This document shows positions 1 to 13,479 of a stretch of DNA of 64,000 nt, piece by piece. The stretch is from Octopus bimaculoides. Taxonomy: Eukaryota. The stretch's first letter is position 1. Each line of letters starts with the position of its first letter. The position numbers and the translations under genes were made by a program. The DNA is taken from NCBI RefSeq assembly GCF_001194135.2, contig NC_068986.1:15512534-15576533 (forward strand). Reading direction: 5' to 3'. Below the pieces are notes generated by a model. It was not told the origin of the DNA, searched no databases, and saw only the letters and a list, made by a program, of their open reading frames with translations.

Positions 1-99
1 ATATATATATATATATAAGTATATATGCATGTATGTATCAATTTATCTATTTATCTAACTCCAATACTCCTAGCTGCAAATGTGTAACCCTGATGCAAA

Positions 100-660
100 A
101 AAACATTCCAATCAGGCCGAGTGATTGTGACTGGTTTGGTCTTAGTTACTTATAAGCCATATAAGCAGGATAACCGAACATTTTCATTCAGAGGACTCGA
201 TGCAGTCGTGCCGTGGTGTATACTTTGTCCTTTACTTTAGCCTTCTCGTTGACAAGGTAGATCGTATCCCGGCTGGATTCACTGTGAATGGTTCCCCTCC
301 AGCACAGATATTTGGGAACTATTTGAACACAGGTTGTGTTTTATTTCCTTTTGAGCGTCCAGGTGGTGGATGATATTGATACACAGAACTGCGCTTGGAA
401 GTGTGGAACGGTGTTTGTTCCGAAAGTCTAATCTAGCATGAAATTCTAAGTACCTGAGGGACAATGAAGCTGACTTCTTGTCGAATGGCAGTTATTTTCG
501 CTGTTGGAGACTTGTGTTGTTATAGAAAACATACATTTGCAGTGATGGACGGAAAAGACGTTGGAAGTGTAGGAGTTGTAAAGGAAAGAGTAGGATACCT
601 GCTGAGAATTCTGTTGATCAATATTGATAGTATACCACATACAGACGGGATTCACCCGGG
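100..660 (-). mobile_element. Heavily decayed Penelope-like element fragment (post-RT linker and start of GIY-YIG endonuclease)
   Basis: Manual minus-strand translation with stops and frameshifts gives RYPTLSFTTPTLPTSFPSITAN...PPGRSKGNK...FT(x)ESSRDTIYLVN. This resembles the PLE pattern PLVxTYxPxLP...GxxKC..C..C...FTCxSSNxIYxI. Recognised by eye only. Confidence 0.4.
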
Positions 661-739
661 ACAGCTGGGTAAGGATTTTCAGTATATATGTAGAATTAAA
701 TAACTTAGATCAAGTCCTGTTACGTGTCAGAGCTCCCAA

Positions 740-1010
740 AGCTGTAATTCTCTTTTCGTAGATCGATTTCCTATCCCTCTGTCCTCCAAAATGCCACGTA
801 ATTTGACAGTGAATTAGAACTGCTGTAGTCCCTTTTTCTAAATACATGTCTATACTGTAAGTATCGGATTTTAAATGGATTTTCTGTCAGTTTAATCCCT
901 CTTCTGTTCATCATCAAATATAAGTAGTTTTACTTGTAGCTTATCGTCGGGCAAATATTTATTTCGAAACAGAACAAAGTTATTCTTTAGATTAACACAT
1001 CTACAGGATT
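740..1010 (-). mobile_element. Decayed Penelope-like GIY-YIG endonuclease fragment (second lineage)
   Basis: Minus strand, across a frameshift: SCRCVNLKNNFVLFRNKYLPDDKLQVKLLIFDDEQKRD / IKLTENPFKIRYLQYRHVFRKRDYSSSNSLSNYVAFWR. This matches the PLE Cys-linker plus IYK..V...YIGLTE..FK.RY..H...F......LS.Y.W pattern. Confidence 0.55.
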
Positions 1011-2372
1011 AAATAGATTAAATATTCTCTTGAAAGTTCCAAGAAACTAAAGAACCAGAAGGTGAAATGATTCAGGAAATCATATAAAATATATCGATAA
1101 ATAGCAAGAAAGCATTTCCTTATCATGCAGATATTGTAAAACATATAATAGGCATATGTTTCAAATTTACATTAAATAATAAAAACATCACCAGTTTTAA
1201 ATAACAAAACGTCAAAATGTACAGAAAAATTCATGGCAAAATCTTAACAAATGAAATAGTAGATATAACATATACAGTTAGATGTCACCATCCTTAATAA
1301 AAAAAACAAAACATGTACTGTTAAATGAATTAGAGCTCAAAGCCAAAATACAAGCGGAAGACATACACAACTAACATATATTGGACTGACAGAGAAAGCA
1401 ATTAAAACCCACGTTTACAGAACATATGCATATATTCAAAGACAGGGAATTGTGCAAGTACACTCCTTTTCCAAAATCAATCTGGCTGTTGAAATGTCGA
1501 GGGGAAAGAGAGTCTCGTCATAAAGTGGAGTATAGGTAGGAAGCTGAGGCAGTTTAGCGGATATTAATAAATATCGTTACTGAAAAAACCTGAGTGAATT
1601 GGATAAAGGCTTATTTTCGTTTCTTGACACGGAGAGATTAAATTCCAATAGTGTTATCGTATCTGCAACCCGAAGAAATATTTCCAACCAGGAAAATATC
1701 AGAAGAACTGCATCCTCAGGGTTCTTAACGAATGCCAACATCTTTTTCTATGTTTTGTCATTCACATCCTCTTTCAGCTACTAAGCACGACAGCTCTACA
1801 TTGAGAAGCATAATTGCCACGAACAGAAAACCGATCAATCGTCCAGTTATTTTCGATCCAAGCAAAAAGATCCATTGACTGAAAGTTCATTGCACCTAAA
1901 TGTTATTTGAATAAATACAATAATAAACAAATAAATAAATGGTAATAAAAACGCTTTGATTCAACTCAGAACACCTCGATAGACTGGGACAATTGAAACA
2001 TGAACCAGCGGTCGCAGTACACATAAATACGGATATGAAAGCAGTTACATAGCATTCAGGCTAAAGAAACGCCATCACTTCGTGTCATCGAACGGATACA
2101 ATCACTAAAAACCTAACTGCATTATTATGATAACCAGGGCGATATTCTCTACATATTATATTCTAATATTCAAATGTTTTATGCTGTATTTCTCATTTTG
2201 TATCGATCATGGTGAATCTTGCATTGTTATATTTTGTCTGTATATTTTATTGACAATGCGCCTTCAATATTGCAGTCATTAGATATTGCATTGGAAACAT
2301 AGTCTTCTGCAGTATAAATATTGTGTCTGCTATACGTTATTGCAATATATTTTATTGTGGATCCCCACCAGA

Positions 2373-3228
2373 TACGGAGTCATATCAAAAGTTTCCCGGA
2401 TTAGTTATGTTTAAGAAAAAAAAAACTTATTTACATAAGTATTAACAGCAGCTTCTTTCAGATTGCGCAGCAATACACTGGTCCCAGCGTTCCTCTCCCG
2501 TTATGAAATCCGGCCTGAAAGTCATTTTCCGTAAGTCAGGCGAGGAGCTTCTGTGGTTAGCATGTGATTTCGACAACGGTGTTCAAACGGCGACCTTTGA
2601 GTTGCATTTTTATCCTGGGGAAGTAATGGAAGCCCGCAAGTATTAAAATGTAGGGAATAGGGTGAGTGCAGAAGCGATGCCATGTTGTTATAATCGAGAG
2701 ACTTTCGAGTAAGGAGAGCTTGGTGTCAGGGTTCATTGACGTAGTGAAGAATCCAATTTTTCGAACTCTACAGATTCGGTCGCTTTCTCCGAATGTCCTC
2801 CCTCAAACGCTTCAAAACGTCACAGTAGAACTCTTAATTGACGGTCTGGCCCTGGAGGACAAATTCTCGATGAACAATACCACATTGCCGGGAATGACGA
2901 ACGTGGCAGGTCTTCCACTTCAATCATCATTTTCCAGGTATGTTCCTCGGCTTTTGAAGGAGCGCCCGTGCTCAATGTACCGTTAGCAGACTTCCCAAAT
3001 TTAACGCAAGATTTCATGTTGTTCTTTATCCTGTCCATGACAAAATTACAGTCTACAGCATACACGTGATCACAGAGACACAAATTTCAGAAAGACATAG
3101 CGATGTTACTCGGCACACTGCCTCATGAAGGTCACTGTCAGCTCTCACTGCGCACGCAACTGCGTACTATCACCTGCATGCGCATTACAGAATTAGTCTG
3201 GGAAGCGTTCAATACCACCTTCTATGTA
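2373..3228 (-). mobile_element. Internally deleted mariner (DD34D) transposon
   Basis: Relics: KSCVKFGKSANGTLS (HTH region), DVLKRLREDIRRKRPNL..KNWILH, decayed HxPYSxxLAPxD and RWDQCIAAQ. Degenerate TIRs (tacggagtcatatcaaaagtttcccggattag vs reverse complement of ctaattagtctgggaagcgttcaataccacc-like end) with flanking TA. Confidence 0.9.
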
Positions 3229-3313
3229 TTGGACTACAATGTTGTGATGTTCATTCTTCATGGGGATTCTATCGTTCTTGGCCTATATATATACATATAC
3301 ACCAACACATCAA

Positions 3314-3499
3314 CCCCAGCACTTATTCTTTGTAAGCCTAGTACTTATTCTATCGGTTTATTTTTGTAGAACCACTAAGTTACGGGGATGTAAACACACC
3401 AGCATCGGTTTTCAATCGATGTTGGGGGGGGGGGACAAACGCAGACACGCTAACACACACACACACACACANNNNNNNNNNNNNNNNNNNNNNNNNNNN

Positions 3500-3542
<43 letters not shown>

Positions 3543-3694
3543 TACCACAGGCTTCTTTCAATTTCCGTCTACCAAATCGACTCACAAGGCTTTGGTCGGC
3601 CCGAGGCTATAGTAGAAGACACTTGCCCAAGGTGCCACGCAGTGGGACTGAACCCGGAACCATGTAGTTGGTAAGCAAGCTACTTAACACACAA
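3314..3694 (-). mobile_element. SINE family A (tRNA-like head, internal microsatellite), near full length
   Basis: Head ggtaag..gcttgcttaccaac.acatggttccgggttcagtcccactgcgtggcaccttgggcaagtg. The 3' half shares gatagaataagtac with other copies. An internal (TA)n/(TG)n tract contains a gap. Confidence 0.85.
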
Positions 3695-4105
3695 CTGATA
3701 TCGAAGAATAGCTTAACGCCTCATAAGAGTGATGAGAGAATATGGGTCAACGACAAAAATTGATTTTTTCAAGAGTGTGGCATATAATTTGCATCAATTG
3801 TAAGTGATTATAATAAATCATTAGATACACCTTACTTATTTTTTAAATGAATCTTTTTAAATACTTTTTTCTAAAGTATTTTACTTCAATCCTATCAATA
3901 AAATACTCAATGATTATTTGGTCTTCATGTTGACCTTGTTTCTAAAGAGTTTATTTAACATTGGACAAAATGTCTTCGGACAAAAAAATCATCGAACAAA
4001 TAGACGCCGGACGAAAAGACGTAGACGAAATGACGTTGGACAAAGTGACATCGGACGAAAAATTGGGTTACATATACATATATGNNNNNNNNNNATATGA
4101 ATTTA

Positions 4106-4320
4106 TGTGTGTGTGTGTCTTTGGTTGGCCCCCATCATTCGCTTGTCAGACGATTTTGGTACGTTTACCTCCCGATATCTTAGCAGTTCGGCAAAACAAA
4201 CCGATAGAATAAGTACCAGACTTACAAAGAATAATTCCTAGGGCCGATTTTTTTAGACTAAAAGGCGATGCTCCAGCATGGCGGCAGTCAAATGACTGAA
4301 ACAAATAAAATAATAAAAGA
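4106..4320 (+). mobile_element. SINE family A, 3' half
   Basis: ccgatagaataagtaccagacttacaaagaata...ggcgatgctccagcatggcggcagtcaaatgactgaaac, homologous to copies at 3.3, 33.6 and 56 kb. Confidence 0.8.
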
Positions 4321-4913
4321 ATATATATCAATGGATGAGGAAGAAATAAGGTAAATTTACCGAGAATTTCTTTGTCTTCGACTTTAAAATAACTGACTGA
4401 TGGCAACTGGATCTCTATCTGAATGATAAACCTTTATAACTTCAAGAATCAAGAATTCTCTAGAATCAACATACTTCAAGAGTAATGAGGCAGCATTGTT
4501 CACCTGTTTCCGATTTACTAGTTATCAACAGCGGAGTGGCTGATCCATTTTAACGCCGGCTTATGATTTAATCTGCATCATCTCTGCCCATTAATCCTTG
4601 GAATGTCATTGTGGTACAGAGCCGAGACGCTTTTTTCTACCCCCACTCCAGTCACTTACAGTGGTTCCCACCTTGTGCCGCTTCAGGATCCTGGTACACG
4701 TCTCTATTTTGCTCCCCCAACACATTGTAATGCTTTTGCTGGTCCTACTACTGGGCGGAGACTGCAAAATGTTCCACGTAAGAACCAAACATTTCTCCTG
4801 GTAAGTCACGCAATGGACGATGCGGCATGCTTTTTTAACATTTTTCATATTGCAGCTTTTGGTAGCGTTTTTTGCATCACGCTAGAATCCGTATTGGACC
4901 CGTAAGTATAAAA

Positions 4914-5826
4914 TATTGGGTCATCCCATAAATAATGCAGTTTTGTTTTTACATTTCTTTTATTTTTCAAAATTGAAATAAACAAAGTTTATAATCTAAA
5001 ATAAACTCTCCTTCATTTTCTATAATGCTTTTCCATTCATCTGGTAGACTTTCAAGGACCCTCTTGCAAAATCCACTTGCCCGTGACCAAAAATACTCTT
5101 TCAGTATTGTTTTGACTTCGTCTACGGAATTCATTTTTTATCCGTCCAAAGGATTTTGAAGACTGCAAAATAAATGTCAATCAGATGGGGAAATGTCGAG
5201 CGAATATGCTAAGCGGGGAACTGCTTCAGTTTCTGGAATTTTATCCTCGATGTATGTAGGCGAGCATTATCCTGATGAAAGAACACCTTTCGTCATGAAA
5301 CCAATGATGATCATTTTCCGATGGTACGCAGGGGCCGATGAATGGATGAATGACAAAATCCAAGCTTCTCTGCTACTTCCTCAACGTATACGATGAGATT
5401 TTGTTCCAACAAGTTTTGCAGGACGTCCTCGTCGAGCTCTGCAGATCTTCCAGGAAGAGGCTCATGTTCTAGGCTGTAGTTACTGACTTGGAATTTCTGG
5501 AACTACCGTTGACACTGGCTTCAGTTTATCGTCCGATCCCTGTATACTGCATTAATATTCCTTGCATTCACCGTTGCGCAGTTGCCTTTATTGAACTCAT
5601 GAAGCAACATATGCCGAATATACTCCCTTGTTACTTCCATGATATCTTTAAAAACATAGCTGTTAAAATCGAGCTGCCCTCTTGAAAACTTGCACTAAGA
5701 TTAAGGACAAGCTTAAATTACTATCCGCTTTTATATCAAGTTGATGCAGTTAGTTTATCTCATCCCACTCCGACTTTTAGTACACGCAATTGAAAAATAC
5801 CGCATTATTTATGGGATAACCCAATA
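4914..5826 (-). mobile_element. Mariner-type transposon relic with both TIRs
   Basis: TIRs tattggggtcatcccataaataatgcagtttt (4914) and reverse complement tattgggttatcccataaataatgcggtattt (ends 5826), with TA ends. Transposase relics FHQDNARL, AYSLDISPSD*HLF and LPDEWESIIENEGEFILD. Confidence 0.9.
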
Positions 5827-6159
5827 CTAGTAGAAGACCTATCCGTTTTAGAGTAATTAGCATGAGAAAAAGAAGAATGAGTTGAAAGCCGTAAGAGACA
5901 GGGTATGAATATTGGAAATGGACGCAAATATCTGTATAGTAATTTTTTTTACAGCACACAAGATGAATTATTCAGTTATTGAAATTGGCTTCGTTTCGAG
6001 AAAAGGTAACTAAGACCCAGTGTTCATTCTTGCTGATTCCGACTGAGAAAGACAAATCATTTCAAGAATCAAGTATTCGACCGGAATAGATTTGACATTG
6101 AAGAATTGACAGTCTGTGTGTTTTGGAACCAGCACAACTTGAGATGTCTGTGTTTGTAT

Positions 6160-6584
6160 GCATACATACATACATACATACATACATACATAAATACATA
6201 CATACATAAATTCATACATACATACATACATACGTACATACATACATAGACAAATAAACGCATATATTTATATGTAAATATGCATATAAATATATANNNN
6301 NNNNNNNNNNNNNNNNNNNNNNNNNNNNNNNNNNNNNNNNNNNNNNNNNNNNNNNNNNNNNNNNNNNNNNNNNNNNNNNNNNNNNNNNNNNNNNNNNNNN
6401 NNNNNNNNTATATATGGTGTGTGTGTTTGTATGTATAAATATATGAGTGAGTGTGCGTATAGTAGTAGTAGTAGTAGTAGTAGTAATAATAATAATAACA
6501 ACAACAATAATAATAATAATAATAATCATAATAATAATAATAATTATTATTATTATAATAATAATAATAAATAATAATAAAAAA

Positions 6585-6672
<88 letters not shown>
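6160..6672. repeat. Compound microsatellite block (CATA)n, (TA)n, (TAG)n/(TAA)n/(CAA)n/(CTA)n, with gap
   Basis: Direct reading of tandem units. Confidence 0.95.
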
Positions 6673-6673
<1 letters not shown>

Positions 6674-6674
<1 letters not shown>

Positions 6675-6730
6675 TCCATGGATGGAATTTATAAAAATTT
6701 ATAGAATATTTATAAATTCCATCCATGGAT
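6674..6730. repeat. Perfect 22-bp inverted repeat with 13-nt loop
   Basis: atccatggatggaatttataaa (6674-6695) and tttataaattccatccatggat (6709-6730). Confidence 0.9.
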
Positions 6731-6894
6731 TATTTTTCCTATTATTATATTTAGCCTCCATTATTTCGACACAGCTCGGTACAACCTCATGAATCTGCTG
6801 TTGCAAGTTGGTATCATTAGTCTGTAGCCAATATAAGAAGGTAGGAGATTCTATATGCATACTAAAAAAACCTTCCCGCAGACGAACTTAAAGC

Positions 6895-6927
<33 letters not shown>

Positions 6928-8311
6928 TGTATGCACGTACGTATGTATGTATGTATGCATGTATATAGAGCAATAGAGAATGAGAAAGACAGCGATATTT
7001 ACTTGCATAAATTAACAATACTTCGTAAATATACGCACACAATTACATAGTTACACATACATGTTACATGCAAGCTTTCACTGTTATGTACACAAGATCT
7101 ATATCACTTGTTTAGCAGTATCTGTGTATCTGAATGCGTTTGTTTCCTCGAGGTAAAATATGAACTACTTGACATATCACAGTAAAGAAATAACGAACAA
7201 AAGAGAACAAGAAAATAAAATAAAATTATGAGTCAACATAACGAAAATGTCTTGTGAAATCTATTAGGAGTTCAGACATAACTTGTTCCAGTTTAATAAT
7301 TCTTATCTTAAAATTTTAACATTTCACCTCACATTAGTAACAAGATACCGCCTTAAAAATTAATATAATAGCCATGAATAGTTCAATCGATTCATTACCT
7401 CTAGTTATAGGTCATTGATTCTTAGCAAAAACTGAAAAAACAAAACCAAAATCGAACCATTCTTATCTTCTACTGTTGACGGTAGCAAGTTCGCGACCAG
7501 TAATATTTAATGCCTGTAAAATATTAACTGACGAATATCTGAGATCTTAATATATTTTTTTAACTGTGTTAAACGTTGAATTGGTGTTTTTGTTATTATT
7601 TTTTTAATCTTAATTTCATTATCATGTCGTCAGATAAAGTGGTAGAATGGCATTCGTTAGTTGCTTGAGTATGTATGTAGATGTAGCTTGTTGCTGATTA
7701 CATGTGCGAGTTTGTGCGTTTGAGTGCGTGCGTTTCTGCGCGTTGACGTATGACTTGGTTGTTGTAACAAATTATTCAACTACAGAGAAAGAGAGAGAAC
7801 GACAGAGCGAGTGAGAGAGAAACACACACGTATATGCATACATATGCTACATTGAATACTTGATTAAACGTTAATTTTATCGTTTGTGTTTTTCATTTCA
7901 GACTTTTCATATTTTTGCATCAATTTCTTGCAGCTAATTTCCAGCAATAAAGTTCGTAAATGCCTATTCAACGTTTCCAGACATTCACAAACTCATATTC
8001 AAGAAATGATTTTGTTTTGGCGTCTGCTTTACCTCTTATACATTGGTCAATGTTGTGTTGATATATGAAACAGAAATGACATGTGCAAAGCTGCTCCTGG
8101 TCAAGAGACGATCAAACTGTCTTCACCGAAAAACGCATGTCCAATGTGGAAGATTCTTGATCCTTGAAGATATAATAATCTTGCAATTTAGTTTCGTTTG
8201 TAAATTTTACAGGACGTGTTTGTGTGTGTGTGTGTGTGCGTAGAAGAGAGAGGGATATAGAGACATAAGCAGAGACATAGAGATGGAGAGAGTCATACAG
8301 AAAGACTGAGA

Positions 8312-8352
<41 letters not shown>

Positions 8353-8699
8353 AGAGAGAGAGAGAGAGTGAAAGAGAAAGTGAGAGGGAGAAGGAAAGTA
8401 AGTAGAGTGCCAATGCAGAGGTTAGTTAGCACGAAATACCAATACGAATTTCGTATTCTATGCTCAACAAACTTATATTTTCCCTGTCTGTGATTCGACC
8501 AATAAACGTTTAGAGCTCCTTGACATTTCTAACAACCAAATTAAAGGAAAAATAAAAAATTATCCGTACTTTCGCCGTAATATATGTTTGCTATTCTCGC
8601 ACTGCCTTCTACGCATGAGTGCTTATAGTTGGTATTACTTTGGTGACGTGATCGAAGCTTGAGCCTGATCAGGCCACTTTTCTTTCTGACTTTACAGTG

Positions 8700-8935
8700 T
8701 AAGCACAGCCGCTCCATTAGCAATGGGGCACCAAAGAAGAACAAAGAGCAATGATCCGATGTGTCTGGCCGGAATGTGTGTCAGGCGCTGAAATTCATCG
8801 ATCGAAGGCGTTTAGCACAACACGGGGACAATGCACTGCACTGCACTGCTGCGTAGAAGTGAGTATGCGTGTATCGATAAGTTTAAAGGTTGGAGGAAAA
8901 GCGTGACAAACGAAGAAGGAGCTGACGAGAAGCTT
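8700..8935 (+). mobile_element. Mariner transposase 5' fragment
   Basis: TKEEQRAMIRCVWPECVSGAEIHR...QHGDNAL...RRSEYACIDKFKGWRKSVTNEEGA matches the mariner N-terminal HTH region. It ends next to a SINE A copy. Confidence 0.75.
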
Positions 8936-8944
8936 TATAGTTCT

Positions 8945-9122
8945 AGGTGCTGGAGTGGCTGTGTGGTAAGCAGCTTGCTTACCAACCACATGGTCCCAGG
9001 TTCAATCCCACTGCATAACACCTTAGGCACGTGCACTATAGCCTCGAGACAACCAAAGCCTTGTGAGTGGATTCGGTAGACGAAAATTGAAAGTTTGTGT
9101 ATCTGTGTTTGTTCCCCCACCA
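8945..9122 (+). mobile_element. SINE family A, 5' part
   Basis: ggagtggctgtgtggtaagcagcttgcttaccaaccacatggtcccaggttcaatccc (A-box- and B-box-like), followed by (CATA)n. Confidence 0.85.
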
Positions 9123-9742
9123 TATACACATACAAACACACACATGTTTGTATACATACATACATACATACATACATACATACATACATGCATACATACA
9201 TACATACATACATACATACACATATTTATACACAGAGGCCGGCGATGGTGATTGACTAGGTGGTAAAGCTGGTCAGTTTCTAATCACTCTAGGCAATAAG
9301 ATCTGGAGACAAAATTCTCTCCTTACCAACAAAGAAAAAAACAACAATATAAAACAAAACATAAATCATGCCAACATCCATGTAGACACATATACACGCT
9401 TAAATAAAAATATGTAAATATATATATAAATATATAAATGTACAGCTATATACTTACGTAAATGTATGTATATATGTATATAGATTCTCTCCTTTTTTCT
9501 CTCCTTTTTCCTCTCCTTTTTCTCCCCTTTTTTCTCTCCTTTTTTCTCTCCTTGTTTCTTTTTGTGTTCCTTTCTGTGGAAGAGCGTAGGCTCGACACGT
9601 TAAAAACTTTTTCTATTCCCGAGCGGTATACTAATACATCTGTTTGTTTTCTACACCACCTGTCTTCGTCTGTTGTTTTTTTTTTTGAATTCTCCCTATA
9701 CATACATATATATATATATATAATACACACACACATATACAC

Positions 9743-9789
<47 letters not shown>

Positions 9790-10684
9790 CACACAAGAAA
9801 CATGAAAAGCGAAAAGATGAAACATCGTATTGAATCTGATAACATTTTTATAACAAATCATATGAAAAAAAAAACATTAAACATCTTTTAGAATGCCTAT
9901 TGAGGAGGCCAAATGTCAACAATATGTTGAATTATTGAATCAAAAGGATCTAACTCTGTTAATCCAATGTTTTGTCGTCACATAAACTCGCCTATATATG
10001 AATCCAGAAGACCCCTGTGAGTTTCATTCTGTCTGATATTTATTGTCTTATATTAATTTTGTCTTATATTCATTTTGTCTTATATTGTCTTTCAGTATTT
10101 TGGGTGTGAGCTCCATTAGTAGGATTGGTAAGTTTTTCCTGTCGTCATTCCAGCGACAGACTTCTTTCAAAAAAATGTTTTTCTTCTTTATGTTAAGTAC
10201 TACAATTTTTCCTATTTCTATTATGTTGTGTTAAGTGCATTTTATATATTTTGTCATTCTGTAAATAAATGATTAGTTTTAAATCCACTTCTTCTTCCCT
10301 TGATATTTATCTGTATGAACTTTCATCACATTATTATAAGCAAAATAAATTAGCTGAAGATTTATTTGCATACACTTTATGAAGTTATACTCATGCCTTT
10401 ATCAACGTCAGAATGCAGTCAACCTAGTATAAAGAAACGAAATAACATTCTTAAGATAAACATGACTTCTTAATTTCACTTCCACAGATATCTTCACCTT
10501 GTTATAACAAACGCTTGTTGTTTTCCTATTTGAACTGTGTTATAAAGTCGATGCAAGGGAAATGTCCGTATCTTCAACATACATGCTGAACGCCGTTACG
10601 ATTTTACATTACTTCTTGCGTTCTGTCTATGCCTCGCAGCTAAATAATTGATAACCCGACATATCACCAACATCAACCGTTATG

Positions 10685-10725
<41 letters not shown>

Positions 10726-11487
10726 NNNNNNNNNNNNNNNNNNNNNNNNNNNNNNNNNNNNNNNNNNNNNNNNNNNNNNNNNNNNNNNNNNNNNNNNNNN
10801 NNNNNNNNNNNNNNNNNNNNNNNNNNNNNNNNNNNNNNNNNNNNNNNNNNNNNNNNNNNNNNNNNNNNNNNNNNNNNNNNNNNNNNNNNNNNNNNNNNNN
10901 NNNNNNNNNNNNNNNNNNNNNNNNNNNNNNNNNNNNNNNNNNNNNNNNNNNNNNNNNNNNNNNNNNNNNNNNNNNNNNNNNNNNNNNNNNNNNNNNNNNN
11001 NNNNNNNNNNNNNNNNNNNNNNNNNNNNNNNNNNNNNNNNNNNNNNNNNNNNNNNNNNNNNNNNNNNNNNNNNNNNNNNNNNNNNNNNNNNNNNNNNNNN
11101 NNNNNNNNNNNNNNNNNNNNNNNNNNNNNNNNNNNNNNNNNNNNNNNNNNNNNNNNNNNNNNNNNNNNNNNNNNNNNNNNNNNNNNNNNNNNNNNNNNNN
11201 NNNNNNNNNNNNNNNNNNNNNNNNNNNNNNNNNNNNNNNNNNNNNNNNNNNNNNNNNNNNNNNNNNNNNNNNNNNNNNNNNNNNNNNNNNNNNNNNNNNN
11301 NNNNNNNNNNNNNNNNNNNNNNNNNNNNNNNNNNNNNNNNNNNNNNNNNNNNNNNNNNNNNNNNNNNNNNNNNNNNNNNNNNNNNNNNNNNNNNNNNNNN
11401 NNNNNNNNNNNNNNNNNNNNNNNNNNNNNNNNNNNNNNNNNNNNNNNNNNNNNNNNNNNNNNNNNNNNNNNNNNNNNNNNNNNNNNN
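10726..11487. other. Assembly gap (example; 19 N-runs in the window, most bordered by microsatellites)
   Basis: N-runs, e.g. 10726-11487, 11889-12509, 17397-18281, 22258-22773, 36846-37600. Confidence 1.
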
Positions 11488-11870
11488 CGGGGAGTTAAAG
11501 CGTGGCAAACGTTCAAGATATAAACCTAATAAACGTTTTAGAGATGCTGTCAAAAACAACCTTAAGGGTCTTAATTTGAAAGTTGAAGACTGGGAGCAGA
11601 AGACGCAAGATTGATCGGTTTGGAAACAAATGTTCTACAAGTAGATGTAAAGCATTTGAAGCTCGAAGAATTGAACAATCCATCTTGAAACGAGCACTTC
11701 GTAGACAGGACTTAACTACAATCCCAGACTCTTTTCTGCTTAGAAATATTTGTAAGATCTGCAGTAGAGTTTGTTTGTCAAGAGCAGGACTTGTTAGTCA
11801 TGTAAGATCTCATGATAGTATTTATTAATTGAAGAGATGGCCTCCTTCTGTAAAGACGTGGCAATCATCA
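11488..11870 (+). mobile_element. RTE-clade (BovB-like) LINE, 3' end of ORF
   Basis: GELKRGKRSRYKPNKRFRDAVKNNLK...WEQKTQD*SVWK...CKICSRVCLSRAGLVSHVRSH is the RTE C-terminus with CCHH finger; it has in-frame stops. The 5' part lies in a gap. Confidence 0.9.
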
Positions 11871-13278
11871 CGCACACACACACACACANNNNNNNNNNNN
11901 NNNNNNNNNNNNNNNNNNNNNNNNNNNNNNNNNNNNNNNNNNNNNNNNNNNNNNNNNNNNNNNNNNNNNNNNNNNNNNNNNNNNNNNNNNNNNNNNNNNN
12001 NNNNNNNNNNNNNNNNNNNNNNNNNNNNNNNNNNNNNNNNNNNNNNNNNNNNNNNNNNNNNNNNNNNNNNNNNNNNNNNNNNNNNNNNNNNNNNNNNNNN
12101 NNNNNNNNNNNNNNNNNNNNNNNNNNNNNNNNNNNNNNNNNNNNNNNNNNNNNNNNNNNNNNNNNNNNNNNNNNNNNNNNNNNNNNNNNNNNNNNNNNNN
12201 NNNNNNNNNNNNNNNNNNNNNNNNNNNNNNNNNNNNNNNNNNNNNNNNNNNNNNNNNNNNNNNNNNNNNNNNNNNNNNNNNNNNNNNNNNNNNNNNNNNN
12301 NNNNNNNNNNNNNNNNNNNNNNNNNNNNNNNNNNNNNNNNNNNNNNNNNNNNNNNNNNNNNNNNNNNNNNNNNNNNNNNNNNNNNNNNNNNNNNNNNNNN
12401 NNNNNNNNNNNNNNNNNNNNNNNNNNNNNNNNNNNNNNNNNNNNNNNNNNNNNNNNNNNNNNNNNNNNNNNNNNNNNNNNNNNNNNNNNNNNNNNNNNNN
12501 NNNNNNNNNTATATATATATATATATGTATACAGAAAGAGAGAGAGGGAAGAGAGAAAGAAGAGAGAGAAATAGAGTGAGTGAGAGAGAGGAAAAGCTTT
12601 GTAGGTGCACGTGAGCCTGTGAGGTGTTCAGAACAGTATTCACAGTTGTATTATTTTGGGTGGAAATCACATACTTCCACACACCACATACCTCAGAATC
12701 CTGATGTTCAGAATAATGGTATTGCACTGCTATGATAGAGATATTTGCTTATTAAATAACTTGTCTTTTAGAAAATATATCAAAGCAATATTTGATATTT
12801 TCTGAACCATCTTACGTCTAATGATGCATGATGGCATTTCGGGCATTGAATTAAATTTTTTGTATGTTATGTATGGCATTGAATCACTCATGGTTTTCAT
12901 ATCAACCTCTAACAGTCTGAAATCTCAATTTCTTTAATATCAACAGAATGTCGATAGATCTTAATGTATAAATCAACATTTTTTTATTATTCTTTTTTTG
13001 ATGTTGAACGGACTGATAGCACAAGCAAATAATAGTGCATATCCAACACAGCCGTAATCTAGACATGTTTATACTATTTCACAATAGGAGACACAGTGAC
13101 TGGAGTCTAGGAATCATTGTATTTTGTCTGAGATTCTGATAACAAATATAGCAAATATCAGTGAAATTCTATCGAGAATTTAATTACAAATAACCGATAT
13201 TTTGATGTATTGATGAAATGTAGGATTTCGAAATATTTTGTAACAGCTGTTTTGATATAAAATCCTAGATACTGACAG

Positions 13279-13350
<72 letters not shown>

Positions 13351-13352
13351 AT

Positions 13353-13387
<35 letters not shown>

Positions 13388-13479
13388 TGCGAGTGCGCGC
13401 ATGCACACACACACAGACGTATACACAGACACATACGCATGCGCGCACACACACATACACACACACAAACGCATGCGTG

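Noticed and set aside
1440-1860. Coding-like composition on the minus strand
   Set aside because: Multiple stops and no motif I could assign; possibly a retroelement relic but unsupported.
4598-4905. GC-richer segment with overlapping 68-100 aa ORFs and a GTAAGT donor-like site at 4801
   Set aside because: No recognisable protein, acceptor or partner exon; it lies between repeats and is more likely a decayed element.
5270-5302. CTGATGA...GAAAC motif
   Set aside because: It lies inside a mariner transposase relic (antisense of FHQDNARL) and lacks a proper helix III/NUH and helix I; coincidental.
10627-12727. Long X-rich ORFs (also 36666-37829, 22160-22901, 43279-43822 and others)
   Set aside because: They span N-runs; their length is an artefact of assembly gaps.
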